Source: Amphiscolops sp. MND2022 (taxonomy: Eukaryota). Taken from it: a stretch of 64,000 nt of DNA. Numbering within the stretch: the first letter of the stretch is position 1; each line of letters opens with the position of its first letter. A program made the translations under genes and the position numbers. Positions 1 to 13,191 of the stretch are shown here, one piece after another. The stretch lies in NCBI GenBank assembly GCA_964187785.1, contig OZ076409.1, positions 54,748,001 through 54,812,000 on the forward strand, read 5' to 3'. Below the pieces are notes generated by a model. That model was not told the DNA's origin. It ran no database searches and saw only the letters and a program-made list of their open reading frames with translations.

Positions 1-1959
1 TCCTGTTGGGTATTCTTTCTCTTCTGACTTCGGGTTGTAGACATTTCGATGAAGAAAAGATTTTTGAATGAGTTGAATTTCTTTTCAAAGTTTCAACGGA
101 GTTGAATTAGGATAGAGTTGAGACAAGCAAGTTTAAGCAATTGATTATCGCAAAAGGCAAAAGACTGAGTCCCTTAATCATCAAATTTCACTGTATTTAT
201 ACCCTCCCAGCATCATTTGATCACGGCTATAATCCCTAATTTTCCTCGAACAATTAGTCATTTCCTGTATTTTCGATGAAAAAATCGCGAAGTTCCCAAA
301 TTTGCGTCAACATTTCGTCAATTTTTAAGACACGACAATTTCAAGCTAGCATTAGTCATCAAACATGATCATATCATTTCATCCCGGCGTCCTTTTGCTT
401 CCTCCCAACCAGGAAGTAGATATTACTTCAGTCTGTCAAACCGGAAATGTTTCCCTGTTTTCCTGCTTTGGTTCGCGGGAAATTGACGCTGAGATGACGC
501 TGACGTGAACAACAAATACCTGATTTTGAATTTCAGCATGAACGAAAATATGACTAACTCTCAAATTATGGTTACTTAAACGATGCTAGGAACGATATTT
601 TTATGAATTTGGACTCTTTCTTTTCGTTAGGGACGAAATTAAGATCACTGTACCAAATATATTCATCATCAACAAACTTGACATGTCGCGACAAGTACGA
701 CAAGCTCTACAAAATTAACAACAACATTTGTTAAGTAGCAACGGCAACGCAACGCATTTAATGAACAGCAACGATGAATTAATATGGAAAATATAATCAC
801 TATCATGTGAGTACAAAATTGTGAAGTATATGATAATACACTTCCAGTACAAAATATACTTTAGTTGAAAGTATAAACTGTGATTTTCTGATTATTTTAC
901 TATGAATTCCCATAGTGGAAAAATGGCTTATGTAAGGGAAATTCCATGTTGTTGAAAAAATGCAAGACTATTAGTTAACGTGGATTTGAACTATCCTATA
1001 TGTGTCAAATCTACTTTAAGTTGGAACCTTAAGTTATAAGAATACCGCCTCTTTATTTATTTTACGAACTGAAATAGCCTGCATTCGTTTTCTTTTAGCA
1101 TAATAACAACCTTAGTGCGATGAAACCTTAACTGATCTTGTAAATTCATCTATTTTGTTCAATCTCATAAACTTGTCAAAGTCATGTTGACGAGTTTTCT
1201 TGGCAGAATTTAAGCTTCATAAACTTGTCAACGTCATGTTGACGAGTATTTTAGAAATGAGTCTCTCGCTAGCTGCCGGAGCAGTGACGTCACAGTGGCG
1301 GTAAATTGGAATGATTTCTAGCAATGCTATTAGTATAGGCGGATAATTGGAATGATTTTCTGGTACGCTTATGCGAGGCAGTGACGTCAATTGGTATACC
1401 TTCAACTTGTCTGCTTCTTACTGACGACAAATATACATGTATTCTTATTTCTTTCGCCGCTTTGTTTACTCAGCGCAGTATTGACGTCCTAAACCACTTT
1501 AATTGCTGTTCAAAGAGTAATTAAGCTGCCTTTCTAAGAAAAGGCTTAGATCATTCGGTGTGCCATCTCAGTGTGTTTTCTATTTTAGATCTGATTGATG
1601 TTCTTTTGGGAGATGATTTTGACTACGTTTTCATTTAGATTAGACTATGATTTCCTTGTTTTTAAAACGTATTTTAATTTAGTTTTCAGGTGGCGAATGT
1701 TGCTATTTTGACGTGGCGAGTACGTCTTACCGGAAATGCGTGTAATCATTCTGGCTCATTTCATTCTCTGTTTTCATTTTCATTCAAAGTTTGCGCAACG
1801 TAGATGTATTTTTACATTTCTAGTCGCAGTTTATTTCAAAGTTAAAGTTTTAGAGTTACCAGTTAAAATAAGATTTTGGGAATCTCAGATTGCCTCCATG
1901 TCCTCTCCCGATCTTCAATCGTCGGCAACCACAAGCCAGACCGGGAGCGGGCTGTGACA
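1..1959 (-). repeat. 3' LTR of element A (partial)
   Basis: Matches the 5' LTR up to ...gggctgtgaca (1959 vs 15126), where the flanks diverge. Scattered substitutions and a ~20-bp indel near 805/13955. Confidence 0.95.
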
Positions 1960-2562
1960 GGGCCGCTCTTGTGAGAAGATTGACGCTGCCCGGGGCTCTG
2001 AGTTGTGAGGCGATAGTCGGGGTAGCGGTGACCGTCTGTATTCTCTTTTCCAAGTCGTTTAAAGGGCTTGCTTGTAAGAAATTTATCTTCTTTGGCGTTC
2101 CCGGCGGGGTGTTGAAGTAAGAAGAAGCGTTTTCCTGGTGCACCTTTCCGAGATATTCTGCTACCTTACTGCTCGTTATCGACTCTTTATCGTTTGCCGA
2201 GGTTTCAACAACGAATATGTCAGATGACAAGCTTTCATCTGGGCTCTCTGGGGAGTCGCTATTGCTATTTCTTCGGGACTTTCCGAATGCGGATACTGAC
2301 CCGATTCCACTGTTTCGAAACTCGTGTAGGGTTCACTGAAATTCATTCTTTTGCATTCAGATTCCAGGGAGTCTTGAGAAAGGTCGAGAAATTCTTCTTC
2401 ATCTGCAGTAGCTTCCGCTGACGAGTTCAGTATTTCGACAATTATTCTGGGGTACTCTTTGTTGGCCCTAGGTAACGGGGTAGAAGCTCTTGTGTTCTCG
2501 CCTTCCTCTTCGCTTGACGATGAAATGTCGATCAACTCGTACAGATCTAGTAGATTATTCAT
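1856..2562 (-). pseudogene. Sense accessory ORF of element A (acidic/Ser-rich, SIM-like motifs), frameshifted, ends inside the 3' LTR
   Basis: ORFs 2176-2562 and 1856-2230 overlap. Same position as the intact B ORF 30278-31063, and it crosses the LTR edge at the same (L/V)SQ codon phase. Confidence 0.65.
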
Positions 2563-3024
2563 CTTCTTTGTGAGATTTCTTTCCTTTTGCAGTTGTCGTT
2601 CGTATTTAATTGTTCCACAATGAGTTCAGGAATAGTTAGGATTCAGGAGAATTTTGGGATAAATCCCTCCATCCTGATTGGCTGTTCAATCTTTTTAATC
2701 CTTTTAATCCTTAGGTGTTGACGTTATGTCGACTTTGCGTTTTTATTGGCTGTAATTCGAAATAATTTACTTAGCCAAATTTGTCAACGTTATGCTGACG
2801 TCATTTTCGTTAGCTTAGCTACCTTTTGATTTTGTCACCGTTTTGATGACGTCATTTTAGGATATAGGATTAATTTCTTAACCCTGATAACCTTTTTGTC
2901 GACGTTATGCCGATGTCAATTTCGTTGGTGATTAGCCAACTTTCATTTTTGTCACCGTTATTGTGACGTCAGTTTTGATTGTTGTTTTCATGTCCTCTCT
3001 TTTTCAGATTTCTGCTACTTTGAG
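2563..3024. promoter_or_regulatory. Putative internal divergent promoter of element A
   Basis: Lies between head-to-head ORFs. Contains ATTGG (CCAAT) boxes near 2677 and 2745, TGACGTCA at 2796/2847/2964, and five GTCA-N9-TGAC-like units. Confidence 0.5.
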
Positions 3025-6000
3025 ATGGATCAGGAGCCTCCTCCGTTCCGTCGTGACACCGGCGCTCAGAGCGGCAATGAAACTCAATTTGTGTTCTCTG
3101 AGGGAGACATCTACCAGAGTGATGGCGATATTGTTCGTCGGCAGGCAACAGGTGGGTTTGTTATTCCCCGTACCATTAAGCTTTTGTGAATAATACTACT
3201 CTCAGATAGGCCTTTTCTGTTTCGTAATTCCACAGCTTGGATTTTCTGACGCGTCAATACTGGAATGTTATTTCAGTTTCTGGGCCATCAATTCCGTCCC
3301 CTGCTGGTGGTGTTCTCGCTTCTACTCTGGAAACTTCTCTCCCAGGTGATCCTACTGGGGTTTCTGTTGGTGGAGTTGGTTCTGTCATTAGCGACTCTGT
3401 TGCTTGTCAGTCTGATGGTTTGGACATGACTTTGGGAGCTCTCGCGCAGCAGATTCGTTCTTCCGTAGCTTCAGAGACTCGCGAAGGTGAGGTTCTGTCC
3501 CCCCTCTTCAAGGAAGTAGCAAGCAAATAGAAACGACGCCAGGAGATGATGTTGCTGCAAAGACGTCTTCTCCACGGTTCAGTGATTTCTTGCCTGGTTT
3601 CAGTCAGTCATTCGGCAGTCGAGTCAGTTCTCATGTTTCCAAACGTGGTGAGTGAGTTGGCTGTTGGTTTTGGTTGTTGATTTATGTAAATTAGTTTCCC
3701 ATAGTCAGTTTGATTGTGCTACTTAATATTGCTTGCTATTGTGTATTAGCTTTACTGGCCGTTCCCGGAAAGGAAAAATCTCTTGGGTGGAGTGGAAAGT
3801 TGCTACAACTTCGTCCATATACGTCACAAGGCGGTGGTAGGCATGTTCAGTTCGATGTGCGCAGTAGTGGAGATGAAGAAGTCGCTGAACCTACTACTAG
3901 TAAAACTCTATCACTGAGTGCAGGGCGGCGACCGGTTGTCGAGTCAGACACTGAAAGACATGCCATGGATCCATTCGTAGCTAGTAAGTATGGCATGATG
4001 TGTATTCGTACAGTGTTGCTTCTCTTCCTTTGTGGTGATATCGTTTCCTCCTCCTTTTGTTTGTTTTTCTTTCACTTTTCTGATAGTTGTTAGCTGTATG
4101 GAGGTTCTATGTTGTATTGTTTATTTATTGTCGTCTTGTATTGAAGTTGCGTTTTGTCCATAATAGGATTCGAGGAGTTGATACAAAGAATGGAATCGAC
4201 TTTGGAGGGGGCCACTCGAGGGTGAAAACGAGCTTTCAGTCCGCGTAATCGGTTGCGACGCGACATGGTTTCGGGGCACCCCGTGTTTGAGCTCTTCGTC
4301 AGTGGATCAAGTACTGGATCTGATAAGTTGTTCCATTGTATGATATGTCAGCGAGACGTATCGATGGAGTCACGAGGCCCTGCTGAAATTGCTCGCAACT
4401 TCTTCGGTAAACGGCACTATGTTTTAGATGTAACCTATCGTGTGCAGAACGATATGCCGGTGTTGAACAGATTAATGATCCGATGGTGTTGACTGAGGCT
4501 CAACTGGCGGAGTATCGTGATCGGCCTCGCAAAGGAAAAAGTGAGGGGTTCAGCTTCCCTGAAGACCTGTTGCCAGCATGCACTCAAGCTAATTCGAGTG
4601 TCCCATTGATGACGATGATCAATTGTCTGGTTGAGCTGCTGCGGTCGGGTGGAAGCTATACTCTCTTGCGGCGTCTTTGGGGGAGTTTCCGAGCGACTTT
4701 GGGCCGTGAGAATCCTCTCTACAGTTTGAATTGGAGCCTTGCTGAGTCTTTGGTGAGTCTTAATTTTCCTGTTCTATTTTTCGCTTTTAATTTGTATATG
4801 CTGTTTTGTGCTGGTGTCTACTAGAAGTCATACAGAGTATCTTTCGGCATTTGTGGGATGCAATTTTTGGTTTGTGTTTTAGTCATTAATTTGCCGTGCA
4901 CTTTTCCCTCGGGCATTGCGGTTGCTCATTTCGCGGATTTCTGCGTTTCGTGAGTACAGCGTGTTCTTTGTCGAGGATGAGAGGACTCATAAGTGTTTCG
5001 TACAGACGTGGGACGAGCACTGTTGGATGAGTGTCTGTGTCTGGGTGGAGCCCTCTGGACAACATGCGCCGAAAGCGAAATTGGCTGACCTGTCTCGTGT
5101 CGTTGACAGTACGACTTCTTGCCAGTTGCCTCTTGCTTGTCATGGGGGCAGTCCCACGCTCTTACGTGTCTTGAGCGATAGTCGAGTGGACAGTCGTAGC
5201 TTTGTCGTGTTCCGGGAATTCAGCGAGGATGTCTTTTTGCATTGTTTCCGTCTGGCTTATCAGGAGGTGTTTGGTGGTTTGGAAGTGACCACCATGATTG
5301 ACTTCCTGGTTTTGCGTTTGCGTGGTGCCCTACAAGAGTCGTGGTTCGCCGATTTGCCAGTACTGCGTCGGAGTGTGATTGCTGGACGAGTGTTCTTCCC
5401 TGATCTGTGTGATGTCGTGAAAGATTTGCTTTCTGTGTGGCTCTAGTGCAGAAATTTATCAGGGACAGTGCGCCTCGTCATATCAAAACTGATGCTGGCC
5501 GGGTAAGTTATTTTCCATTGTTCGTAGTAGCAATGTATTAGGCTATTTAGTTGTCTTTCTCGTGTTGACTGTGTTCTTCTCTCCTTTTTTTGTTTAGTGT
5601 TGATAACGTTGGTGGGAATATTTGATTTTTGCAGATGCGAGGCACTGACTGGGCTGTGTACTCTGATGGTGTGGGTGAGCTACGATTGGGTCTTCTTCTA
5701 CACATCCTGGAGCTTTGTAAGTTGTTGTGCCTTCGCTGTGTTATTGGATGGATTTTGTCGGGTTGGGATTTGGGTATGTTGACTTCATACATATGGTGGA
5801 AATGTTTTATGTTTAGATCGCTGTTCCTTCAAGAAGCTGCGGTCCAAACGCGTGGACTACTGTTTCCATTTCTACATGGAAGTGTGCCAGTTTGTCTACT
5901 GCCTGTTTTCGCGTACCCGTAAGATCAGTTCTCTCCCAGGCTTGCACAGTTGGGAGGAGTATATGGATGCGGAGAAGGTGGACGAGTTCAATTCTATTTC

Positions 6001-6765
6001 TCCTGACGATTTTCTGCGGAACCATTCATTCGGGTCGACTTTACATGGTCGTAATGACAGGAGTGGACGAACTTTCCGCGAGCAGTGTCGAAAATTCATG
6101 GACCGGCTGGTGGACGCTATTCTGGGTCAGCAACCTGTGACTGGGGAATTCTCTCAAGGACTTTATGCGTTTTGTCCAGAATTAGTATTAGAAGGAGATG
6201 ACCGTCACATGTTGGGTCTATTCAGCAAGTTGGTTCGGGTCCTAGAGTCAAGTGGTTGTTTGTCATCTTCCGAGTCGAGGACGGCTGTCGAGGAGTATTC
6301 TACCTTTGTTGTGGATGCGCGGAGGCGGCATCAGGATTGTGGGACCAGTGCAGAGGACATTGTTGATGTTCAGCAATACTTGCTGTCAGATTACAGTTTC
6401 TTGTCCCGCAAGAGTTTAGTTCGCGTCTTCAAGTTATGTTGTTTGGTAGCGCTGAAACCTCGCGTGGATTATCCTTCCGTGGATCTTGGTCTGATAAACT
6501 GTCAAGTGTCCGAGTGGGTGATAGCCACCTGTATTAGTGGGGTGCAAAGTTGTGTTTCTGCTTCTGATTTTAAAATGAGCTCCTTTTTTTTACCAAGTTT
6601 ACAATGAAAGAAGTTCGTGATGCAATTGATGCTTCGCAGTCTTTTATGACAAGTGCTGGCTACAATCCCTGGACTGACATTTGCAGCGAAGGTCAGGCTG
6701 CTTCTGTGAAGCGTTATTCTGTATTAATTGCTGATTTCTTTTGTATCTTTGTACTATGGCAGTGA
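3025..6765 (+). pseudogene. Antisense multi-exon gene of element A: BED-finger, inactivated hAT-transposase-like protein
   Basis: Predicted exons 3025-3151, 3277-3647, 3750-3983, 4167-4752, 4883-5502, 5635-5716, 5817-6765, with GT..AG introns joining in phase. Contains CMICQRD...H finger and 'GLYAFCPE', 'LVRVFKLCCL', 'YNPW', which align with the B/C genes. A few stops and frameshifts. Confidence 0.75.
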
Positions 6766-6895
6766 GGATGATATTCCAAATGCCGCAGTTGAAAAGAAAA
6801 AGAGAAGGAAAAAAGCATTCATTCAGGCCGTAGTATGCCTACATTTGAAAATCGTCAGACCGGTTCGGTTTGGACTCCTGATAATGCCTTTTCAT

Positions 6896-9800
6896 TTAGT
6901 AAGTTGTAGTTATAGCGTCAAGTCGTCTGAAGTCAGGATTTGCGTTTGGCTTAGGATTAGGTCTCAGGTTGTACTTTGCTATTTTTCTCGGGTTATATCC
7001 GATAGTTGTAGGCGGTGATCTTGGGGGAATAGGTGGACTTTCAATAGGTGGGGGGCGTCGTATGTATGGGTTATCTGTAGTGAGGTTTGAAAAATCCGGT
7101 GACGGTGGTGCCACGTCATGCGTGTCTTCATTTTGATTGTCTGATATTTGTTGTGTGATTGTGTCATCATCTGTGTTCACCACCTCTTGTGTGACTATTT
7201 GCTGATTGTTTTCTGCACTTCTTGTCACTTCGTGTTCGTCTATTTGTTTGCCAAAATCCATTTCTCACGATACGGCGTACCATTCATTGTGCGACACTTT
7301 GACATTTGGATCAGGAAGGTAGTCATTTGTTCGTACTGTGACGTCAGGTAGTCGTTGTTCTGGCACGTAAGGACGTATTCTGATCCTATGTAACGTTTGT
7401 GTGTACCGTGTGCCAAGTCTTCGTATTGTATAGTTGTTGTTGGATAGTATTTTTATCACAATATACGGTCCTGTCCAGATGCAATCTTGGAACGCAAACT
7501 TTGTCGACTGGTTGTCGGCTTTCGGGTTGAGGATGTAGCAGTAGTCGTTTACTTTGAGCGGAGCTGCCGACGCTTTGCGGTCGTAATATTTTTTGTATTT
7601 GAGGTAAGACAGCATGATGTTGTCTTTCGCTGTCGCTCGCACGTCGTCAATTTGTTTTTGTAGCTGCTCTGCTATGTCCGAGTTGGGCGTAGTTTTCCAC
7701 TTTGGCTTGATGCCCAATTTTAAGTCAAGGACATTGTAGGGTATACGTCCGTGGAATACTGTAGATGGTTCGCAGCCTAGTGTTTCGTGATATGTTGTAT
7801 TGTAATTCATGACTGCAATTTGGACATATTTGTGCCACATTGAACGTCTTTCACCCGTCGATGTTTTTAGTGCAGTCGTGATTGAGGCGTGTGTCCTTTC
7901 CAAAATTCCGATTGTTTGTGCATGTTTTGTGGACGCATGGTTGATTTGGATTTCAAGAGTTTGCGTTATTTCTGCGACGACTTCTGATCTGAATTGTGAG
8001 CCTTTGTCTGACAAAATTAAAGTTGGCAGATATGCATGTCTGGTCATGACGTCGACAATGCATCGTCCAATTGTTTTGCTGTGGCGTTCTGTGTTGGGTA
8101 GGCGAATAGGTAGCGTGAAAATACATCAATCATCGTAACGATGTTTTGGTATCCTGCAGAGTTGGGTAGATTCGGTAATATGTCGATCTCGAGAATGTCT
8201 TCCGGGCCCAGGACGTGTTCCGTGGTGTTGATCATCTTTGGTCTGATTTGACTGTTGCTGATTCGCTTGTATTTGATGCAGTCTTCACATTGCATTACCC
8301 ACTGTCTGATTCTTTTTGCTAGGCCAGGGTAGTAATACTTTGATCGGCATTCTTGGATCATTTTTGTGAGCCCTGGGTGTTTTCCCATTTGTCCATGGAT
8401 TGCTTTCAGAAGTTCTGTAATCAGATGTTCGGGAATTAGTATTTGGTTGTGTGTAACTTGACCGCATTCTCCGTAGTATTTGCGCATTAGTACTCCGTCT
8501 TTGACTATGAGTCTGTTTTCGTGGAGTAGGAGGCGCTTCGCTGTCGGGTCAGTTTGTAAGAGGTGTTTGTCGTATTCTTCACAGATCAGTTTTCTTTTGA
8601 TTGCTTTGAAAACTAAATCTGAATCTTGTTCAACTCTAATGCGTGCATCTTCTTTGATTGCCCCGAAGGTGTATGATGCCTTGTTTATTGGGTTTGGGGT
8701 TGTTTCTTTTATTGACAGTTTTATTTTCGTCGTCTCCTCATCTCGTGCATTTTGTCTTGCTTGTTCTTTTTGTAGGAGGATCTCCTCTTCTGTTTCAATC
8801 GTTTCCTCTGGGAGAAAAAAGAGTTGTTCCTTATCTGCGATGTCTGTCGGTTGAAGGTTTACTTGTATTGGTTGGATCGTAATATCGTTTCGGATTTTTA
8901 GTTCAACTTTTTCTTTAGGGTTAAGGTCAATTCTCGATAAGAAATCGGCAGCAGTGTTTTGCGTCCCGGCTACATGCATGATGTGAAAATTGAACTGTAG
9001 TACATAGTCACATGCATTCCATAGTGTGGGGGGAATCGCTTTTGTTTGGAAAAACCTCGTTACTGATCTGTTGTCTGTCATTACGAGAGTTGAAAGGGTT
9101 GTTTCCCACAATATATGGCTGTATTCTAAGAACGCGTGGTAGATTGCCAGAAATTCTTTGCAATAAATTGACATCTTCAGTTGTGCCGTTGAAAAAACTT
9201 TTGATCCAAATGCTACAGGCGCAAAAGTTTTCTTTTCGGAATTGAGTTTTTTGTCGTTTTCTTCTTCGATCATTAACGCATATCCTGAGGCGCGAAAGCT
9301 AGCATCCGTTATTAGGACGTATTGTCGTCCTGTGATTGGTTGTTTGAGGGCTAGTCCACAAGCTTCCGCTAGCGCTGCGTTGATCGCTTTGTAGTGGTCT
9401 AACAATTCTTCTGTGATTTTGATTTGTTTGTCAGCTTTCAGTAGTTCGTAGAAACCGAGTAGCTTTTCTGACAACCGCGGAATATAGTTGCGGTAGTAGT
9501 TGACAAAGCCTATGTATCTCTGTATTTGTTTCTTTGATTTCGGGAATCGTACATTTGCTGGATTTCTGGATTTTGTGGTCTTGAGGGGCGATTCCTTGTG
9601 GGGTAATTGTTCTTCCCAGGAATTCGACCTCGGTCACTCCAAAGTGGCATTTGTCGATGGATAGTTTGGGTCCTGCTTGTCTGATGCATTCGAAGACAGC
9701 TCGAATGTTCCGTATCAGTTGCGTCACGGAGTTTGCAGCTATTCCAATGTCGTCTACATATTGCGCGCACTGGTCAGCCTTGATTACCTTTTCTAAGTAT

Positions 9801-11815
9801 TCTCTCATGAAACTAGAGAATGCCGACAAAGCTCTGCTCAGTCCTTGTGCCAGTCGTTTGTAGGCGAACGTCCTGCTTGCGAAGTTGAAGGCTAGCATTT
9901 CAATTGATCTCTGGTCTGCCATTTGTAGAAAGTGGTATGCTTGGGAGCAATCTAATTTACAGAACAGCTTTTTCCCAGCTAGGTGTTGAGCTGCGTCTGA
10001 CAGGGTGCTGACTGGGTGTTTTTTGTTGATATAGTCGTCGGATATCAGGGCGTTGATTTTTCGTAGGTCGACGAGTAGACGTAGTTTACCATTTGGTTTA
10101 CGTTGTGCAAAAATCGGACTGGCATACTTTGAAAATGGTCGTTATTATGCCATACCTATGCATGAGTGCCAGTTCGACTGTTAGGTCTTCTTTGAGGTTA
10201 ATCGGTACTGGTAGGCTCTGTGTATATATGGGGCGTTCGTCTTTTGGCGTCAGTTTCACTTTGAAGCTATTATTGATGCCAATGTCGAGTCTGTGACGCG
10301 TAAAGATGTCGTTGTATTCAACTATCGTTTGTTCTAATTGTTTCTTGTCATTGCCTTCAATCTGTGATCCTTCCCATTTGAACATGTCGAGGAACTCTTT
10401 CCTTGATTCTGGATCTTTGGTGGGGTCGAGTTGTTCTTTCCTGATGAGTTCTCTAATTTCTTTCAAAATTCGCCTTTGTAACGGCGTGTGTTCATCCTCA
10501 TTCCCTGGATTTTCGGGTGTTGGGAACCAGAGGTTTTCGTCATTTTGTTCGTTGTTTGTGGATTTCATGAGCTCATTCACATACATGTATGTGTCATCTG
10601 GGTCTTGTAGGGTGGTCAACGTTGCGACATCTACAGGTCGTATTTGTTTGGTATCCTCTGGCCTCAGGATTTGCAGTTCTGCCAATTTGGTATGGTTTTT
10701 TATGGTGTGCGAGAAATCTGTCAAGTTGGCTATTCGTAATTTGATTCGTTTGTTGTGAGCTGTGGCTAGTGCTGGTGCGACGATGATGGTAGCTGTTTCA
10801 TCAAACTGTGGTAGCGGTTGTACTGCTCCTGTAATGTCGATTGCATTGGTGGTTATAACTATCGCATTTACGGTTGTTGTTTGTTGTGGAGGCAATGTCT
10901 GGTTCCCTTCAGTCATGATTTGAAGCGGTTTGGGGTTACAGTTTTTCTTTTCATCTGTCATGGCTAATATCATATCGACATGGGGGAAGGTGGTGGTCCC
11001 ATTAGCTGTATCTATCACTGCTTGGTGGTTTCTCATGAAGTTCAGTCCAATTATGGGGAATGACGTCTTTGATAGTATGACAAAGGTGTCAGTGAACGTG
11101 TATGTTCCGATATTGAATTGGATATCGGCTGTGGCGATAGGTTGTTCCAGTTGTGCGTTTGCACATTCAATTTTGAAAGGAGGCTGTGGGTACTCCTTTA
11201 TGACACAATTATCGCTGTTCATTTTAATGGCATTGTAATCAGACCATAACATGGCATTGATGAACGCTCCTGAGTCGACGAGGCCGTCCATTGTTAGTTC
11301 TCCAAATTCCAGTGGCAAGTAAAGCATTCGTCTTCTGTTCTTGAGGACTATTGTTGAGTGGAGAGGTATGTAGGTATCTCCGTCTCTTTCGGTTATGTAC
11401 TCTTTGATTGAGTTGAGCGCGGTGGGGAAGTCGTTATGGAAGATAGGTATCCTGGTGTTTTTGTGGGTATCTTCCTCAGTCGTTTGTGACGGGAGGTTGT
11501 CGTCGGGGGCGTTTTCATTGTTATTTGTTTGTATTGTAACAGAGAGCCTCTTGGTATTGGTGGTTGGCTGATATAATGTATTTGTGTGATTTTGATTATT
11601 GCTTCTGTAATCTTGATCTTGCGGGAATGTTGTTTCCTGTCCTTTTTCTGGGGGTGGTCTCTTTATGGAGGCGATGGCTTGATGTCTCAGCCAATCTTCT
11701 GTTGGAGTACCAGTGCATTCCGCTGTTGTGTCGGTTGTGTATATGGTGGGGGGATCTTCTGGTGAATACGCCCTCGCGTCTACTGTTTCCCCAAAGCGCA
11801 GGCGCGGCGTAATTA
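6896..11815 (-). pseudogene. pol: pol of element A (PR-RT-RNaseH-IN), frameshifted
   Basis: LVDSGA protease; QYVDDIG RT; LITDASF/TDNRS RNase H; H..H..CEDC zinc finger plus EIDIL/SDKG/LERTH integrase core. Split over several ORFs. Confidence 0.93.
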
Positions 11816-13191
11816 GTTTTTTTGATTCATTTGCTGGTTGGTTTGCTGGTTGTGGAACAGAGGTGTCCATTTTACGTTCTTGTGTGTTGTGACGCTTAGG
11901 TCGTGGGTCGTTGGCTGCATTGGCTTCGTTCCAACAATCTTCTGTTTTGTGGGGTTTGCCGCAAGTGTCGCATTTGGGTGGTTTGCCTGCACTGTGGTTG
12001 CTCGGCCCGTTGTTTTTGCGGGTTTGCATCCATTTGTCCCTCTTCATTTTACGGCATTCAGCTTTGTAATGTCCAAATTTATTACAGTAGAAGCAGTACC
12101 CTTTTTTAGTGGTCTGGGTGGTGGTTTCCGCTGGTTTGGGTTCAATTTTTGGTTGGGCGGGTTTCTCTCTCTAGGTGGAGTACTTTGTTGTTGTAAGGTT
12201 TGTCTTCGAGGTATGCGCGGTTTAGTATCTTCGTGACATGGTCCGGCACTTTGGCGTATATTGGCTTGTCTATGAACTGCTGCGCCTCTGATCCGAAGGC
12301 CTCTTTTGCAGTTTTCTGGAGTACATCCAGGAATTCGTGGAGTTTTTGTGTCGAGGGGTCGAATTTTAGTGCGTCCCATTCGCATCTAGCCTTTGCCATT
12401 GACAGATAGTCTCCAAATCGTCGTTTGAATATCGTCATAATCTCGTCCAGTGAGTCTTTCTTCGAGTCTTCAATGTTGCAAAAGGCTTGTAAGGCGTCTC
12501 CCCGGAGTAGGGAGTGAAAGTAGTTTATCTTTTGTATTTCTGTGAGGTGCGGGTACATTTTGATATTGTTCCTGAAGAGATCTTCAGAGAGCTCGAATTT
12601 TTCAGATTTCCCGTCAAAAGTTGGGAGTGACGCCGTTGGAGCTTTTGGCATGGGTAGCGTCGTGGTGCTATTTTTGTCTGGGGCGAACAAAGTTCGCGCT
12701 GCTGCTGGGCGTTCTTTTGACGGAGGTTGGCTTTGAGATCGAACCTTCGTTCTTTTGGGTTGATTGGTGGAGTCGTTTAAAACTCCTGTCACCATGTTAC
12801 GACTTACATCCGGGTCGTTTTGTGTTGAGCTTATTCTAACTGATCTAGTAGGGGTGTAGAAACTTCTAGTTTCGTTTTCTAACCCTTCTTCGACATTCTC
12901 TCTAATGTTCTCCCTTGTTTCAGGTCTCAGAAGTTTCATCACTTCCCTTTGGGATTCAATTAAGAGATTCTTAATCTCGGAAGTAATCTCCTCCTTCAGA
13001 GATGCTCTCAAACTTTCTAGGAGACTATTTTCAATTCTAGGGGATTTTGGTTTCGAAGGCCCCGCGGTGCTAGCGTCCTGTTCCGAAAAATAATGATTTC
13101 CTACTACTACTGGCGAAACAAAACCATCACTTACATTTTCACTATTTTCCTGTTGGGTATTCTTTCTCTTCTGACTTCCGGTTGTAAACAT
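11813..13191 (-). pseudogene. gag: gag of element A, starting inside the 5' LTR
   Basis: ORF 12142-13191 contains 'PTFDGKSEKFEL.EDLF...KINYFHSLLR', homologous to B gag, and a downstream CDTCGKPHKTEDC knuckle. Frameshifts near 12150-12050. Confidence 0.85.
12782..12794 (-). other. Primer-binding site TGGTGACAGGAGT (tRNA-Leu-like, inferred)
   Basis: Immediately follows the terminal CA of the 5' LTR. The first 12 nt are identical to the element B PBS. Confidence 0.85.

Noticed and set aside
2717..2967. CRISPR-like repeat-spacer array
   Set aside because: Eukaryotic retroelement context, degenerate units, partly similar spacers and no cas genes.
7809..13093. Plus-strand ORFs overlapping gag-pol of A, and equivalents in B and C
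   Set aside because: Shadow frames of the coding strand with no independent motifs.
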